From: Thermoleophilia bacterium
GTDB lineage: Bacteria; Actinomycetota; Thermoleophilia; Gaiellales; Gaiellaceae
NCBI GenBank assembly: GCA_023382435.1
Contig: JAHDVS010000008.1
Span: 12,272-76,271, forward strand
Direction: 5' to 3'
DNA length: 64,000 nucleotides
Shown here: piece by piece, positions 9,013 to 18,360 of the stretch
Layout: each line of letters starts with the position of its first letter
How positions within the stretch are numbered: the stretch's first letter is position 1
Position numbers and translations under genes: made by a program
Notes under the pieces: generated by a model
What the model saw: the letters and a program-made list of their open reading frames with translations, nothing else
The model's database searches: none
What the model was told of the DNA's origin: nothing

Positions 9013-9660
9013 TCAGTAGAGGTTGCGTGCGTAGTCGTCGTCGACGTACTCCTGCACGGCCTCGGTGGTGAAGTCGGGCATCGCGATGTGGTCGCGCCAG
9101 ATCTGGGCCGGCCGGGCGAGCCCCTCGAGACTCGGCCAGCGCTCCTCCTGCCAGAGCCCGGAACGCTTGAACGCCTTGGCGCAGTGGAGGTACGCCTCCT
9201 CGACCTCGACCCCGATCGCGATGGCCGGTGTCCAGCTTCCGACGGCGTGGCGCGCGAGCAGCTCCGGGTCGCGCGTCAGGCACGCCCGGCCGTTCACGCG
9301 CAGGGTCTCCTCCATGCCCGGGATCAGGAACAGGAGGCCGGCGCGGCCTGTCTGGGCGACGTTTCGCAGCGTGTCGACCAGGCGGTTGCCTTTCGCATCG
9401 GGGATCGCCAGGCGGCGCTCGTCGAGAATCTCGACGAAGCCGGCCGGCCCGCCCTTCGGCGAGACATCGCAGCGACCCTCGGGGTCGGCGGTGCCGACGA
9501 GCACGAACGGGGAGAGGGCAATGAAATCGCGGCAGTGGACGTCCAGGTGGTCGATCACCTTGCGCTGAACCGGCTCGTCGGGCGGGCCGTAGACAGCGTT
9601 CGCCTCATCCAGGGATTCGACAACAGCGTCGAAGCCGGGTGCGCGCTCGGTCGTGCTCAC
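9013..9660 (-). CDS. pyridoxamine 5'-phosphate oxidase-family FMN flavoprotein
   Basis: 215 aa; DVSPKGG...RLAIPD..GNR...N pattern typical of the PPOX-class family. Confidence 0.7.
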   Translation of the reverse strand: MSTTERAPGFDAVVESLDEANAVYGPPDEPVQRKVIDHLDVHCRDFIALSPFVLVGTADPEGRCDVSPKGGPAGFVEILDERRLAIPDAKGNRLVDTLRNVAQTGRAGLLFLIPGMEETLRVNGRACLTRDPELLARHAVGSWTPAIAIGVEVEEAYLHCAKAFKRSGLWQEERWPSLEGLARPAQIWRDHIAMPDFTTEAVQEYVDDDYARNLY

Positions 9661-9690
9661 GTTGGGTCTCCTTCCATCGGGTCGGGCGCA

Positions 9691-10827
9691 TTATCGCGCG
9701 GGCCGGCGCGACGCCGCCAGGGCAGGACGACGTGTCGAGAATCGCTCCGCCGGGATCGCCGGGTCGTCGCCGGCCGCGAGCGCGGCCAGGATCTCGCCCA
9801 GCAGCGGGCCGAAACTGAACCCGTGCCCGCTGCACGCGGAGGCAACGACGACGGGGCCGACACGCTCGAGCACGAAGTCCTCGTCGGGCGTCATCGTGTA
9901 CACGCAGGTCTCCGACTCGACCGGCGCGGGCTCGAAGGCGGGCAGGCGCCGCGCGATCCAGGCCGCATCGAGCGCCTCGCGCTCGGGATCGACGTCGAAC
10001 GGCGCGAGCGAGGGGTGAACGGCGCGGCCCGGGGTGCCGAGCCCGGCCTTGAGCCGGGCACCGGCGACCCCGGGGACCCAGTAGCCGCCCGCCGCGACCC
10101 CGGGGCCGAGCTCGGCCTCGACGAGGCAGGGCGGCATCGGCGTGCCCGGAGCCCGCGGGTCGAAGTACGTGACCTGCGCGAACGCGGGGCGGAGGGCCAG
10201 GTCGATCCCGAGCTCGAACAGGAGGTCGCCGGCCCAGGGGCCTGCCGCGATCACCGCCACCGGCGCGTGCACAGTCTCCTCGCCGCTCGTGACGGCGATC
10301 CCGCGGTCGTCGATGGCGAAGCGCGTCACCTCCGCGGCCTCCCGCACCTCGACGCCTGCGGCGCGCGCAAGTCGCACCTGCGCGGCCACCGCCCGGTCGG
10401 CGAGGCAGACGCCGCCGTCGGCCTGGAAGAGCACGCGCTCGAGCCCGTCGAGCGCGACTCCCGGGAAGCGCTCCTCCGCCTCGGCGGCGGGCAGCCACTC
10501 GCGAGAGACCCCGCACGTGGCCAGCGCCGCTCCGCACACCTCGGCCCAGCCGCCCGTGTAGAGGCCGCCGGTCGTGACGAGCAGCTCCTCCCCGGCCGCG
10601 CTCTCGAGCCCCCGCCAGCTCTCGAGCGCGCGCCGCGCGAGCCGGACATGGTCCGGCTCCGGGTAGGCGAGCCGGAACATCCGCGTCGCCCCGTGCGAGG
10701 AGCCGCGCCGGTGGCCGACGACGTACTGCTCGAACAGCACGGTCTCGGCTCCCCGCTCGCCGAGGGCGCGGGCGGTCGCCGAGCCCGTGACCCCTGCCCC
10801 GACGACGATCGCGTCGAGCCGTCTCAA
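9691..10827 (-). CDS. monomeric sarcosine oxidase / N-methyl amino acid oxidase-like FAD enzyme
   Basis: VVGAGVTGSATA dinucleotide fold; ASACSGHGFSFGP near the C-terminus (covalent-FAD Cys context of the MSOX/MTOX family); TTG start overlapping the upstream small ORF stop (TTGA). Confidence 0.8.
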   Translation of the reverse strand: MRRLDAIVVGAGVTGSATARALGERGAETVLFEQYVVGHRRGSSHGATRMFRLAYPEPDHVRLARRALESWRGLESAAGEELLVTTGGLYTGGWAEVCGAALATCGVSREWLPAAEAEERFPGVALDGLERVLFQADGGVCLADRAVAAQVRLARAAGVEVREAAEVTRFAIDDRGIAVTSGEETVHAPVAVIAAGPWAGDLLFELGIDLALRPAFAQVTYFDPRAPGTPMPPCLVEAELGPGVAAGGYWVPGVAGARLKAGLGTPGRAVHPSLAPFDVDPEREALDAAWIARRLPAFEPAPVESETCVYTMTPDEDFVLERVGPVVVASACSGHGFSFGPLLGEILAALAAGDDPAIPAERFSTRRPALAASRRPAR

Positions 10828-11003
10828 CGAGGGGCGAGGCTCCCCGCAGGCACCGGAACGGCGAGCCCGGCGGCGACGCGAATGATCTCGGCAACCTCGT
10901 AGAGCCGGATGAAGCCGCCCATCCGCCGGATGAAGCCGCCCATCCCGGCGGGAGCCTCGACGTACACGTCGAGCGGGACGAGGAAGGAGCGGGTCTCGTT
11001 CAT
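10824..11003 (-). CDS. 59-aa hypothetical protein, first gene of the oxidase operon
   Basis: Below the track cutoff; GGAGG 7 nt upstream of ATG 11003; 52/59 codons end in G/C with protein-like second positions; TTGA coupling to the oxidase gene; MNETRSFLVPLDVYVEAPAGMGGFIRRMGGFIRLYEVAEIIRVAAGLAVPVPAGSLAPR. Confidence 0.55.
   Translation of the reverse strand: MNETRSFLVPLDVYVEAPAGMGGFIRRMGGFIRLYEVAEIIRVAAGLAVPVPAGSLAPR
10904..10945. repeat. perfect 21-bp tandem duplication (2 copies)
   Basis: GCCGGATGAAGCCGCCCATCC at 10904..10924 and again at 10925..10945; in frame, duplicates MGGFIRR/MGGFIRL in the small ORF. Confidence 0.95.
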
Positions 11004-11090
11004 GGCGGGCCTCCGGATGTCGACGCGCTAAGCGTAATCGCCGCCGGACGTCCGCCGCGCCGCGTTAGGCTCCCCTCCGGGAGGCGGCCG

Positions 11091-12587
11091 ATGAAGCTCG
11101 TCCAAAGGGTCGTTGGTACGCGTGCGGCCGCCGCCGCCTGCCTCGCCGCCCTCGCTGCCGGCTGTGACGCTGCCCCGCCGCTTCGCCCGGCCGAGCCCTC
11201 CGGAGCGACCACGATCCGCCTCCTTTTCGCCGGCGACGTGATGCTCGGGCGCGGCGTCGCGGCGGCGGGCGACCCACACGGTCCCCTGGCGGGCGTCAGG
11301 CTGCAGGTGGCCGCGGCGGACGTCGCGGTCGCCAACCTCGAGTCTCCGCTCACCTCCCGGCCGCACGACCCCGCCGCGGGGCCGAACGCGCTCGAGGCCG
11401 AGCCCGCCTCGGCCCGCCTGCTCGCCGCGGCCGGCTTCGACGCGCTGGGAATCGCCAACAACCACGCGGGCGACGCCGGCACCGCGACCGCCGGCGACAC
11501 GCTGGCGGCGCTCGCGGCTGCCGGGCTCGGCTCGATCGGGGGCGGCCCGTCCCGGGCCGCGGCGTTCGAGCCGCGGATCGTCGAGACGGGCGGGCTGCGC
11601 GTGGCGCTGCTCGCATTCGACGCGACGGGGCAGGGGCCCCGGGCCGGCCCAGAGACGCCCGGGGTCGCCTGGTGGAACGAGGAGCTGGTGCGGGAGGCCG
11701 TCGCGCGGGCCCGGGCAGCCGCCGACATCGTCGCGGTCGGAATCCACGGCGGCGCCGAGTACGTCAGCACGACCGACCCCTACCTGCTGCGGCTCGCGAC
11801 GCTGCTCGCCGGCCTCGGCGTCGACGTCGTCTGGGGCCACGGCGCTCACGTCGTCCAGCCGCTACGGACGATTGACCCGGACGGCGACGGGCGCCCCACG
11901 GTCGTGGCGACGAGCCTCGGTAACCTCCTCTTCGACCAGCACCTCCCGGGCACCCGCGAGGGAGCGCTGCTCGAGGTGCTCGCCGGTGCCGACGGGGTAC
12001 GAGCGTTCAGGGTCGGGTCTACCGTGCAGGAGACAGCCTCGGTCCGTTTCCGGGAGTGGCTGGCGCCCGAGGGCGACGCGGTCGCGCTCGGCGGGGCCTG
12101 GTGGTCGCTCGCCGCCGCCGCCGACCCGGCCCCACGCGTGGCCCCGTCCGACCTCGACAACTTCGCCGGCGACGTCCTCGACGCGGCGCTCGGCGACCCG
12201 GACGGCGACGGCAGCCCCGACCTCATCATCGCGTTCCGGCGCCCGTACGAGCCGACCGCGGTCGGCGAGCTCGTCCCCCGCGAGCAGCTCGTCGACGCGA
12301 GCGGGCGTAGCGCTCACGTCGGCCTCTACCGGCCCGGCGACCTGCGCCCGCGCTGGGTCGCCGGGACGCTGCTGCGACCGGTCGCGACGCTCGCCCCCTG
12401 CGACGGCACGCTCGCGGTCGCGTATTCGACCCTCGACGATCCCGCGGTCGCCGGTGCGGGCGCCTGGCGCTGGGCCGGCTTCGGCTTCCTGCCGCTCCCC
12501 GATCTCCCCGGCTCCGGCCGTCCCGCTTGCGCGGACGTGGACGGAGATGACAAGCTCGACCCACTCGTTCTCGAAAGGAGCCCGTGA
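11091..12587 (+). CDS. CapA/PGA_cap-family metallophosphatase-like lipoprotein with FG-GAP-like C-terminal repeats
   Basis: Signal peptide + lipobox LAAGC; GIANNHAGD and VWGHGAH motifs; C-terminal GDPDGDGSPDL and ADVDGDDKLD repeats. Confidence 0.75.
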   Translation: MKLVQRVVGTRAAAAACLAALAAGCDAAPPLRPAEPSGATTIRLLFAGDVMLGRGVAAAGDPHGPLAGVRLQVAAADVAVANLESPLTSRPHDPAAGPNALEAEPASARLLAAAGFDALGIANNHAGDAGTATAGDTLAALAAAGLGSIGGGPSRAAAFEPRIVETGGLRVALLAFDATGQGPRAGPETPGVAWWNEELVREAVARARAAADIVAVGIHGGAEYVSTTDPYLLRLATLLAGLGVDVVWGHGAHVVQPLRTIDPDGDGRPTVVATSLGNLLFDQHLPGTREGALLEVLAGADGVRAFRVGSTVQETASVRFREWLAPEGDAVALGGAWWSLAAAADPAPRVAPSDLDNFAGDVLDAALGDPDGDGSPDLIIAFRRPYEPTAVGELVPREQLVDASGRSAHVGLYRPGDLRPRWVAGTLLRPVATLAPCDGTLAVAYSTLDDPAVAGAGAWRWAGFGFLPLPDLPGSGRPACADVDGDDKLDPLVLERSP

Positions 12588-14737
12588 TGCTCAGGCGCGC
12601 GCTCGCTCTCGCCCTCCTGCTAGCGGCCACCACCGCGGCTGGCTGCACGTCCGACGGGGAGGAGGCGCAACCGACGGAGACGGCGCCGCCGACCACCGCG
12701 CCCGCGACGCCCGAGACGGCGCCCGAGACGGTCACGACCGGGCCCGAGCCCGAGCCGGCCGCGCTGGCGCTCCCCGTGTCGACCCTTCGCTTCGGGGCCT
12801 ACACCGCGGTGCCCGCGCTCGACCCAGACACACCGACGTACGCCGGGCCGGCGACACCCGGCTCGCTCGAGGGCGTGCGCGTCTCCGCCGAGCTCGAGCC
12901 GGCTCTCGCGGAGCCGGGCGTGGCGGAAGCACTCGCCGAACGCGGGTTCGTGGTCGTCCCCTCCGACCTGCGGCTCTTCCACTTCGCCTACCAGGGCAAC
13001 GTCTACCAGGGGTGGCCGGTATTCGTGACGACGGACGCCGCCTACCATGCGTGGCACCTCGTCTTCGACAAGCTGCTGCGCGACCTCGAGCAGCAGGTGC
13101 TGCTGCCGCGGCTCGAGCAGCTCGTGACCGGTCTGCTCGAGGCTGCGCGCGCTCAGACGGCCGACCTCGCTGGCACGGGCGCCCAGGACGCGGCCGAACG
13201 GGTCGAGCAGCTTCTCCAGCTGGCGGCGGCGGAGCTGGGCCTGCCCGGCGAGCTCGGGCCGCTCGCGTTGGCCGAGCGGGCGCTCGTCGAGGCGCACGCC
13301 GGCACCGAGACCTCCCCACTCGTCGGCAAGGAGATCGACTACTCGCTGTTCGCGCCGCGCGGTCACTACACGCGCACGGGCGACCTGACGCGCTTCTTCG
13401 TCGCGATGTCCGTGCTCGGCCAGCTCGACTTCTGCCTGCCGGGCACGATCGGCTGTCCCGACCTCGGGCCCGCCCGGATGGCAATCCTCGCCTCGCGCCT
13501 CGTCGCGGGCGACCCCGAGCTCGCCGCGCTCTGGCAGGAGATCTACGAGCCGACCGCGTTCCTGGTCGGGCTCGCCGACGACTACACGCCGCTCGAGGTC
13601 GCTGCGGCCGCGGCAGAGGCGGCGCCGGACACCCTCGCCGACCCGGCCGGGCTCGCCGACGACGACGCCGTCGAGGCGGTGCTGGCGGCGCTCGTCGAGT
13701 CGCGCCCGGTGGCGATCAACCCGGACCGCGCCTCGATCCGCCTGATGGGGACGCGGTTCGTCGTCGACTCCTACATCCTCGACCAGCTCCTCTACCCGAA
13801 CGTCGGCACCGAGGACGAGCCGCGCCTGCTCCCCTCGGCTCTCGACGTCGCGGCGGCGCTCGGCTCCGATTTCGCCTACACGGCGCTCGCGGAGACGGGC
13901 GGGACCGACTTCGAGGGCTACGACGAGCAACTCGCCGCGCTCGAGGCCGCGGTTGCCGCACGACCGGCCGACGCCTGGGGCGGGACGGTCTACGACGCCT
14001 GGCTGTACGCGCTCGCCCCGTCATTCGCGGCTCGTGGCGAGGCCTACCCGGACTTCATGCGCGGCGAGGCCTGGGCCGCGAAGGCCCTGCAGGCGGGCCT
14101 CGGCTCGTACGCGGAGCTGAAGCACGACACGATCCTCTACGCGAAGCAGGCGGTCGCGGAGGGTGGCGACGAGGTCAGCGGACCACGGCGCAACTGGGTC
14201 GAGCCCGAGCCCGTCGTGTTCGCCCGCCTCGCGGCCGCGGCCGAGCTGACCCGCGGGGGGCTCGAGAGCCGCGGCCTGCTCGGCGAGGAGCAGGCCGGGT
14301 TGCTCGACCGCGCCGGGGAGCTGTTCGCCTTCCTCGAGCGAGTCGCCCGCGACGAGCTGGCCGGCGCGCCTATCTCTCCGGAGGACAACGACCGGTTGAC
14401 CTACATCGGCGGCGAGCTCGAGGCCGTCTACTGGAACACGATGGACCGGCTCGCGTCGGGCGACATCACCGCCGACGAGGACGCGGCGATCGTCGCGGAC
14501 ATCGCGAGCGGCCCGCAGGGGGTCCTCGAGCTCGGCACCGGGCGGATCGACCGGATCTACGTCCTCGTCCCCGACGACGAGGGCGGGTTCCAGGTCGCAG
14601 TCGGCGGCGTCTACTCGTTTTACGAGCTGGTCGGCGAGCCGGGGGAGCGGCTCACGGACGAGGCGTGGCGCGCCCGCCTCGACGCCGGCGACGCGCCGGC
14701 GCGCCCGGCCTGGGAGGCGGCCTTCCTCCCCGGCTGA
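12584..14737 (+). CDS. 717-aa secreted lipoprotein of unknown function (DUF3160-like, tentative)
   Basis: Start GTGATG overlaps the CapA-like stop; lipobox TAAGC followed by a Pro/Thr/Glu-rich linker; size and the FVTTDAAYHAWHLVFDKLLRDLE region recall DUF3160 (from memory). Confidence 0.6.
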   Translation: MMLRRALALALLLAATTAAGCTSDGEEAQPTETAPPTTAPATPETAPETVTTGPEPEPAALALPVSTLRFGAYTAVPALDPDTPTYAGPATPGSLEGVRVSAELEPALAEPGVAEALAERGFVVVPSDLRLFHFAYQGNVYQGWPVFVTTDAAYHAWHLVFDKLLRDLEQQVLLPRLEQLVTGLLEAARAQTADLAGTGAQDAAERVEQLLQLAAAELGLPGELGPLALAERALVEAHAGTETSPLVGKEIDYSLFAPRGHYTRTGDLTRFFVAMSVLGQLDFCLPGTIGCPDLGPARMAILASRLVAGDPELAALWQEIYEPTAFLVGLADDYTPLEVAAAAAEAAPDTLADPAGLADDDAVEAVLAALVESRPVAINPDRASIRLMGTRFVVDSYILDQLLYPNVGTEDEPRLLPSALDVAAALGSDFAYTALAETGGTDFEGYDEQLAALEAAVAARPADAWGGTVYDAWLYALAPSFAARGEAYPDFMRGEAWAAKALQAGLGSYAELKHDTILYAKQAVAEGGDEVSGPRRNWVEPEPVVFARLAAAAELTRGGLESRGLLGEEQAGLLDRAGELFAFLERVARDELAGAPISPEDNDRLTYIGGELEAVYWNTMDRLASGDITADEDAAIVADIASGPQGVLELGTGRIDRIYVLVPDDEGGFQVAVGGVYSFYELVGEPGERLTDEAWRARLDAGDAPARPAWEAAFLPG

Positions 14738-14749
14738 GCGATCGGCCTC

Positions 14750-16639
14750 TCAGCCGGAGCGCAGATCGAGCCAGGCGGCGCGGGCCTCGTCGACCGAGCC
14801 CTCGTCCTCGATCGTGGCGACGTCGCCCGGGTCCTGGCCGAGCACGACCGCCTTCAGCACGCGGCGCATGATCTTGCCGCTGCGGGTCTTCGGGAGCACC
14901 CCGACGAAGCGGATCTCCCCGATCACCGCGACCGGGCCAAGCTCGTGGCGGACGGTCTGCAGGAGCTCCTCGCGCAGGCGCTCGGACGGCTCGTGCCCGA
15001 CCTTGAGGACGACGAACGCGGAGATCACCTCGCCGCGCAGCTCGTCCGGGCGGCCGGTCACGCCCGCCTCCGCGACGGCCGCGTGCTGCAGGAACGCGGT
15101 CTCGACCTCGATCGTCCCGATCCGGTGCGCGGCAATATTGATCACCTCGTCGGCCCGGCCCGCCACCCACACGTAGCCGTCCTCGTCGATCTGGGCCGAG
15201 TCGCCGGTGAAGTAGACGTTCTCGCCCGGGATCCGCTCCCAGTAGTCCGGCCCGTAACGCTCCGGCTCACCCCAGAGCTCCGCGGTGAGGCTCGGGAAGG
15301 GGCGGCGGATGACGAGGATCCCCTTCTCCCCCGGGGCGCACTCGCGGCCATCCTGGGTCATCACCGCCACCTCCGTCCCGGGCAGGGCGATGCCCGCGGA
15401 GCCCGGCTTGATCGGCAGCATCGCGATCCCGTACGGGTTCCCGAGCACGGGCCCGCCGGTCTCGGTCTGCCACCAGTGGTCGATCACCGGGATCCGGTCC
15501 TCTAGCACCGTCTTCTGCAGCCACTCCCACGCGGGCGGGTTCAGCACCTCGCCCGCGCAGAACACCCGCTCGAGCGACGAGAGGTCGCGCCCGCGCGCGG
15601 GCTTTTCTCCGTGGCGCATCAGCGAGCGCACCGCGGTCGGCGAGGTGAAGATCCCGGTCACGCCGAGCTCCTCGACGAGCCGCCAGAGCACGTCGGGGCC
15701 GGGGTGGTCGATCGCGCCCTCGTAGGCGACCGTGGTGCAGCCGACGAGCAGCGGCGCGTAGAGGATGTAGCTGTGGCCGACCACCCAGCCGATGTCGGAG
15801 GTCGACCACCAGACGTCGTCGGGACGCAGCCCGAAGCAGGCGCGCGCCATCGCGTGGATGCCGACCGCGTAGCCGCCGTGGCGCTGCACGGTCAGCTTCG
15901 GCCTTGCGGTCGTGCCGGAGGTGGCGAGGATCCAGGCGGGCTCGTTCGCCTCGAGCGCGACGTAGGAGCCGTCGCCGCCCTCGCCGCCCGCGAGGAAGTC
16001 CGCCCACGGAAGCCCGCGGCCGCCGGCCGCGCCACCCCGGGGCAGGACGACGACGTGCTCGACACCGCCGCCGCCGAGCGCCAGAGCCTCCTCGACGATC
16101 CCTCCGAGCGGCACGTCGGCGCCCTTGCGGTACGTGACATCCGCGTAGACGACGAGCTTCGAGCCGGACGCCTCGATCCGGTCGGCGAGCGCGCCCGCGC
16201 CGAAGCCCGCGAAGACCACGGAGTGGATCGCGCCGATCCGCACGGTGGCGAGCATCAGCACGAGCGCCTCGGGGCAGACCGGCATCGAAAGCGTGACGCG
16301 GTCGCCGCGACCGATCCCGAGCGCCCGCAGCGCCGCCGCCGCCCGGCGGACCTCGTGGTGGAGCTGCCCGTACGTGAGCACGCGGCGCTCGCCCCGCTCG
16401 TTCGCGTAGATGACCGCGGCGTGGCCGCCGCGGCCCGCCTCGACGTGGCGATCGACGCACTGCCACGCCAGGTTCGTCTCGGCGCCCGCGAACCAGCGGA
16501 AGCTCGGCGGGCCGGGCTCGAAGACCGAGTCCCACGGGCGCAGCCACGGCAGCTCGGCCGCGCGCCGCGCCCAGAAGGCCTCGTGATCCTCCCGCCCCTC
16601 GCGGAGGGCGGCGCCGACGATCGGGTTGACGAGCTCCAT
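14750..16639 (-). CDS. AMP-forming acyl-CoA synthetase (acetyl-/propionyl-CoA synthetase family)
   Basis: Track ORF trimmed to ATG 16639 (MELVNPIVGA...); TSGTTARPK AMP-binding motif, ~630 aa. Confidence 0.85.
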   Translation of the reverse strand: MELVNPIVGAALREGREDHEAFWARRAAELPWLRPWDSVFEPGPPSFRWFAGAETNLAWQCVDRHVEAGRGGHAAVIYANERGERRVLTYGQLHHEVRRAAAALRALGIGRGDRVTLSMPVCPEALVLMLATVRIGAIHSVVFAGFGAGALADRIEASGSKLVVYADVTYRKGADVPLGGIVEEALALGGGGVEHVVVLPRGGAAGGRGLPWADFLAGGEGGDGSYVALEANEPAWILATSGTTARPKLTVQRHGGYAVGIHAMARACFGLRPDDVWWSTSDIGWVVGHSYILYAPLLVGCTTVAYEGAIDHPGPDVLWRLVEELGVTGIFTSPTAVRSLMRHGEKPARGRDLSSLERVFCAGEVLNPPAWEWLQKTVLEDRIPVIDHWWQTETGGPVLGNPYGIAMLPIKPGSAGIALPGTEVAVMTQDGRECAPGEKGILVIRRPFPSLTAELWGEPERYGPDYWERIPGENVYFTGDSAQIDEDGYVWVAGRADEVINIAAHRIGTIEVETAFLQHAAVAEAGVTGRPDELRGEVISAFVVLKVGHEPSERLREELLQTVRHELGPVAVIGEIRFVGVLPKTRSGKIMRRVLKAVVLGQDPGDVATIEDEGSVDEARAAWLDLRSG

Positions 16640-16673
16640 CGCCGCGTATTCTGCCCCGGGTGACGCCGCCGTG

Positions 16674-16679
16674 TACGCT
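16674..16679 (+). promoter_or_regulatory. -10-like hexamer TACGCT, 7 nt upstream of the ATG (leaderless-transcript candidate)
   Basis: TAnnnT hexamer followed by a 7-nt spacer and ATG 16687; no Shine-Dalgarno in between. Confidence 0.3.
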
Positions 16680-16686
16680 GCCTGGC

Positions 16687-17964
16687 ATGACACGCTTCTG
16701 GCACCCCGTTGCGAACATGCACGCCGTCGAGCGCGACGGCGAGCTCGTCCTCGACCGCGCGGACGGTATCGAGGTGTGGGACGAGCAGGGTCGGCGCTAC
16801 CTCGACGCGACCGCGAGCCTGTGGTACTGCAACGTCGGCTACGGCCGGCAGGAGATCGTGGACGCGGTCGCCGCGCAGATGCGCAAGCTGCCCGCCTATT
16901 CGGCCTACGACGACCTCGCCACCCGCCCGACGATCGAGCTCGCGGAGCGGATCGCGCGGATCGCGCCGATGCCCGACGTCCGCGTCTTCTTCGCGAGTGG
17001 CGGCGCCGAGTCGATCGAGACGGCCGCGAAGCTCGCGCGCCGCTACTGGAGCCACGTCGGCCAGCCCGAGCGCAGGATCGTGATCTCGCGCGAGCGCGCC
17101 TACCACGGCATGGCGGCCTACGGGACGAGCCTCGCGGGCGCGGAGGTGTTCAAGGCCGGCCTCGGCACGCTCGTCGCCGACGCCGCCCAGGTGCCCTGGG
17201 ACTCGGCCGGCGCCCTGCGCGAGACGATCGGCCAGCTCGGCCCGGAGCGGGTCGCCGCCTTCGTGTGCGAGCCCGTGATCGGTGCCGGGGGCGCGCTCGC
17301 GCCACCGCCCGGGTACCTAGACGAGGTTCGCCAGATCTGCCGCGACGCCGATGTCTTCTTCATCGCGGACGAGGTGATCTGCGGCTACGGGCGCGTCGGC
17401 GACTGGTTCGCGTCGAGCCGCTTCGGCCTCGAGCCGGACATGGTCACGTTCGCGAAGGGGATCACGTCCGGCTACCTGCCGCTCGGCGGCCTGATCGTCG
17501 GGGCGAGGATCGCCGAGCCGTTCTGGAACGGCGAGGCCGGGTTGTTCCGCCACGGCTACACCTACTCGGGCCACGCGAGCGCGACCGCAGCCGCCCACCC
17601 GAACCTCGACATCGTCGAGCGGGAGGGCCTGCCGGCCCGCGCGCTCGAGCTCGAGCTCGAGCTGACCGAGGCGCTCGCGCCCCTGGCCGGCCACCCGCTC
17701 GTGACGGAGGTGCGCTCCGGCGTCGGCGTGATCGCGGCAGTCCAGCCCGACCCGGCGCTCGTCGCGGCCGACCCGACCCTGCCCGACCGGCTGCGGCTCG
17801 CGTGTCGCGCGAGCGGCGTGCTGACCCGGACGCTCGTCGGCGGCGGCCTCCAGGTCTCGCCGGCGCTCACGGTCACGCGGCCGCAGCTCGACGAGATCGC
17901 GGCGGGAATCGCCGCCGGACTCGACGCCGTCGCCGCGACCGTCCCCGCGGCCGCCGCCTCCTAG
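16687..17964 (+). CDS. class III PLP aminotransferase (omega-transaminase-like)
   Basis: Track ORF trimmed to MTRFWHPVANMH; FIADEV..GYGR and TFAKGITSGYLP (PLP lysine) motifs. Confidence 0.85.
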   Translation: MTRFWHPVANMHAVERDGELVLDRADGIEVWDEQGRRYLDATASLWYCNVGYGRQEIVDAVAAQMRKLPAYSAYDDLATRPTIELAERIARIAPMPDVRVFFASGGAESIETAAKLARRYWSHVGQPERRIVISRERAYHGMAAYGTSLAGAEVFKAGLGTLVADAAQVPWDSAGALRETIGQLGPERVAAFVCEPVIGAGGALAPPPGYLDEVRQICRDADVFFIADEVICGYGRVGDWFASSRFGLEPDMVTFAKGITSGYLPLGGLIVGARIAEPFWNGEAGLFRHGYTYSGHASATAAAHPNLDIVEREGLPARALELELELTEALAPLAGHPLVTEVRSGVGVIAAVQPDPALVAADPTLPDRLRLACRASGVLTRTLVGGGLQVSPALTVTRPQLDEIAAGIAAGLDAVAATVPAAAAS

Positions 17965-18072
17965 CGCGGCCTCTCATCACGCTCAACCGGGAACCGCTGG
18001 CCGGGATCGGTCGTGACGGCGGAGGGGCCGGAGCCGAGCTCCCCGGCGAAACGCGCCATGTCCCGTAGGGAC

Positions 18073-18101
18073 GTATACATCGTCCCACTCGCGATGTATA
18101 C
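18073..18101. promoter_or_regulatory. 10-bp perfect inverted repeat (candidate VapB operator) overlapping a TATACT -10-like box
   Basis: GTATACATCG (18073..18082) - 9 bp - CGATGTATAC (18092..18101); AT-rich patch in GC-rich DNA; TATACT at 18097..18102, 9 nt upstream of the vapB ATG. Confidence 0.5.
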
Positions 18102-18111
18102 TGCGAAGTCG

Positions 18112-18360
18112 ATGAGGCGGACGCAGATCTACATCGACGACGATCTCGACATTCGGCTCCGTGCCACGGCCGCGGCCGAGGGGCGATCTGCGGCGGCCCT
18201 GATTCGCGACGCGGTCCGCCTGTACCTGGCCGGGCAGCGTGGCGGTCAGGCAACGAGCGATCCCTTCCTCGAGCTTGCCGGGGCGTTCGAAGGAGGCCCG
18301 CGCGACGCCTCCACAGACCACGACCGGTACCTCTACGGGAGCGACCAGCCCGGGGCTTGA
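18112..18360 (+). CDS. vapB: ribbon-helix-helix (CopG/VapB-type) antitoxin
   Basis: Track ORF trimmed to MRRTQIYIDDDLDIRLRATAAAEGRSAAALIRDAVRLYL (RHH signature); TTGA overlap with the PIN gene. Confidence 0.75.
   Translation: MRRTQIYIDDDLDIRLRATAAAEGRSAAALIRDAVRLYLAGQRGGQATSDPFLELAGAFEGGPRDASTDHDRYLYGSDQPGA

Noticed and set aside
8875-10902. 675-aa plus-strand ORF, and similar very long ORFs (e.g. 11872..14871 +, 6953..8668 -, 42767..44506 +, 53953..56082 -, 40570..42573 -)
   Set aside because: They are extremely Arg/Pro/Ala/Gly-rich with no recognisable motifs. Each lies antisense to, or frame-shifted over, a gene with clear family motifs. These are typical shadow ORFs of very GC-rich DNA.
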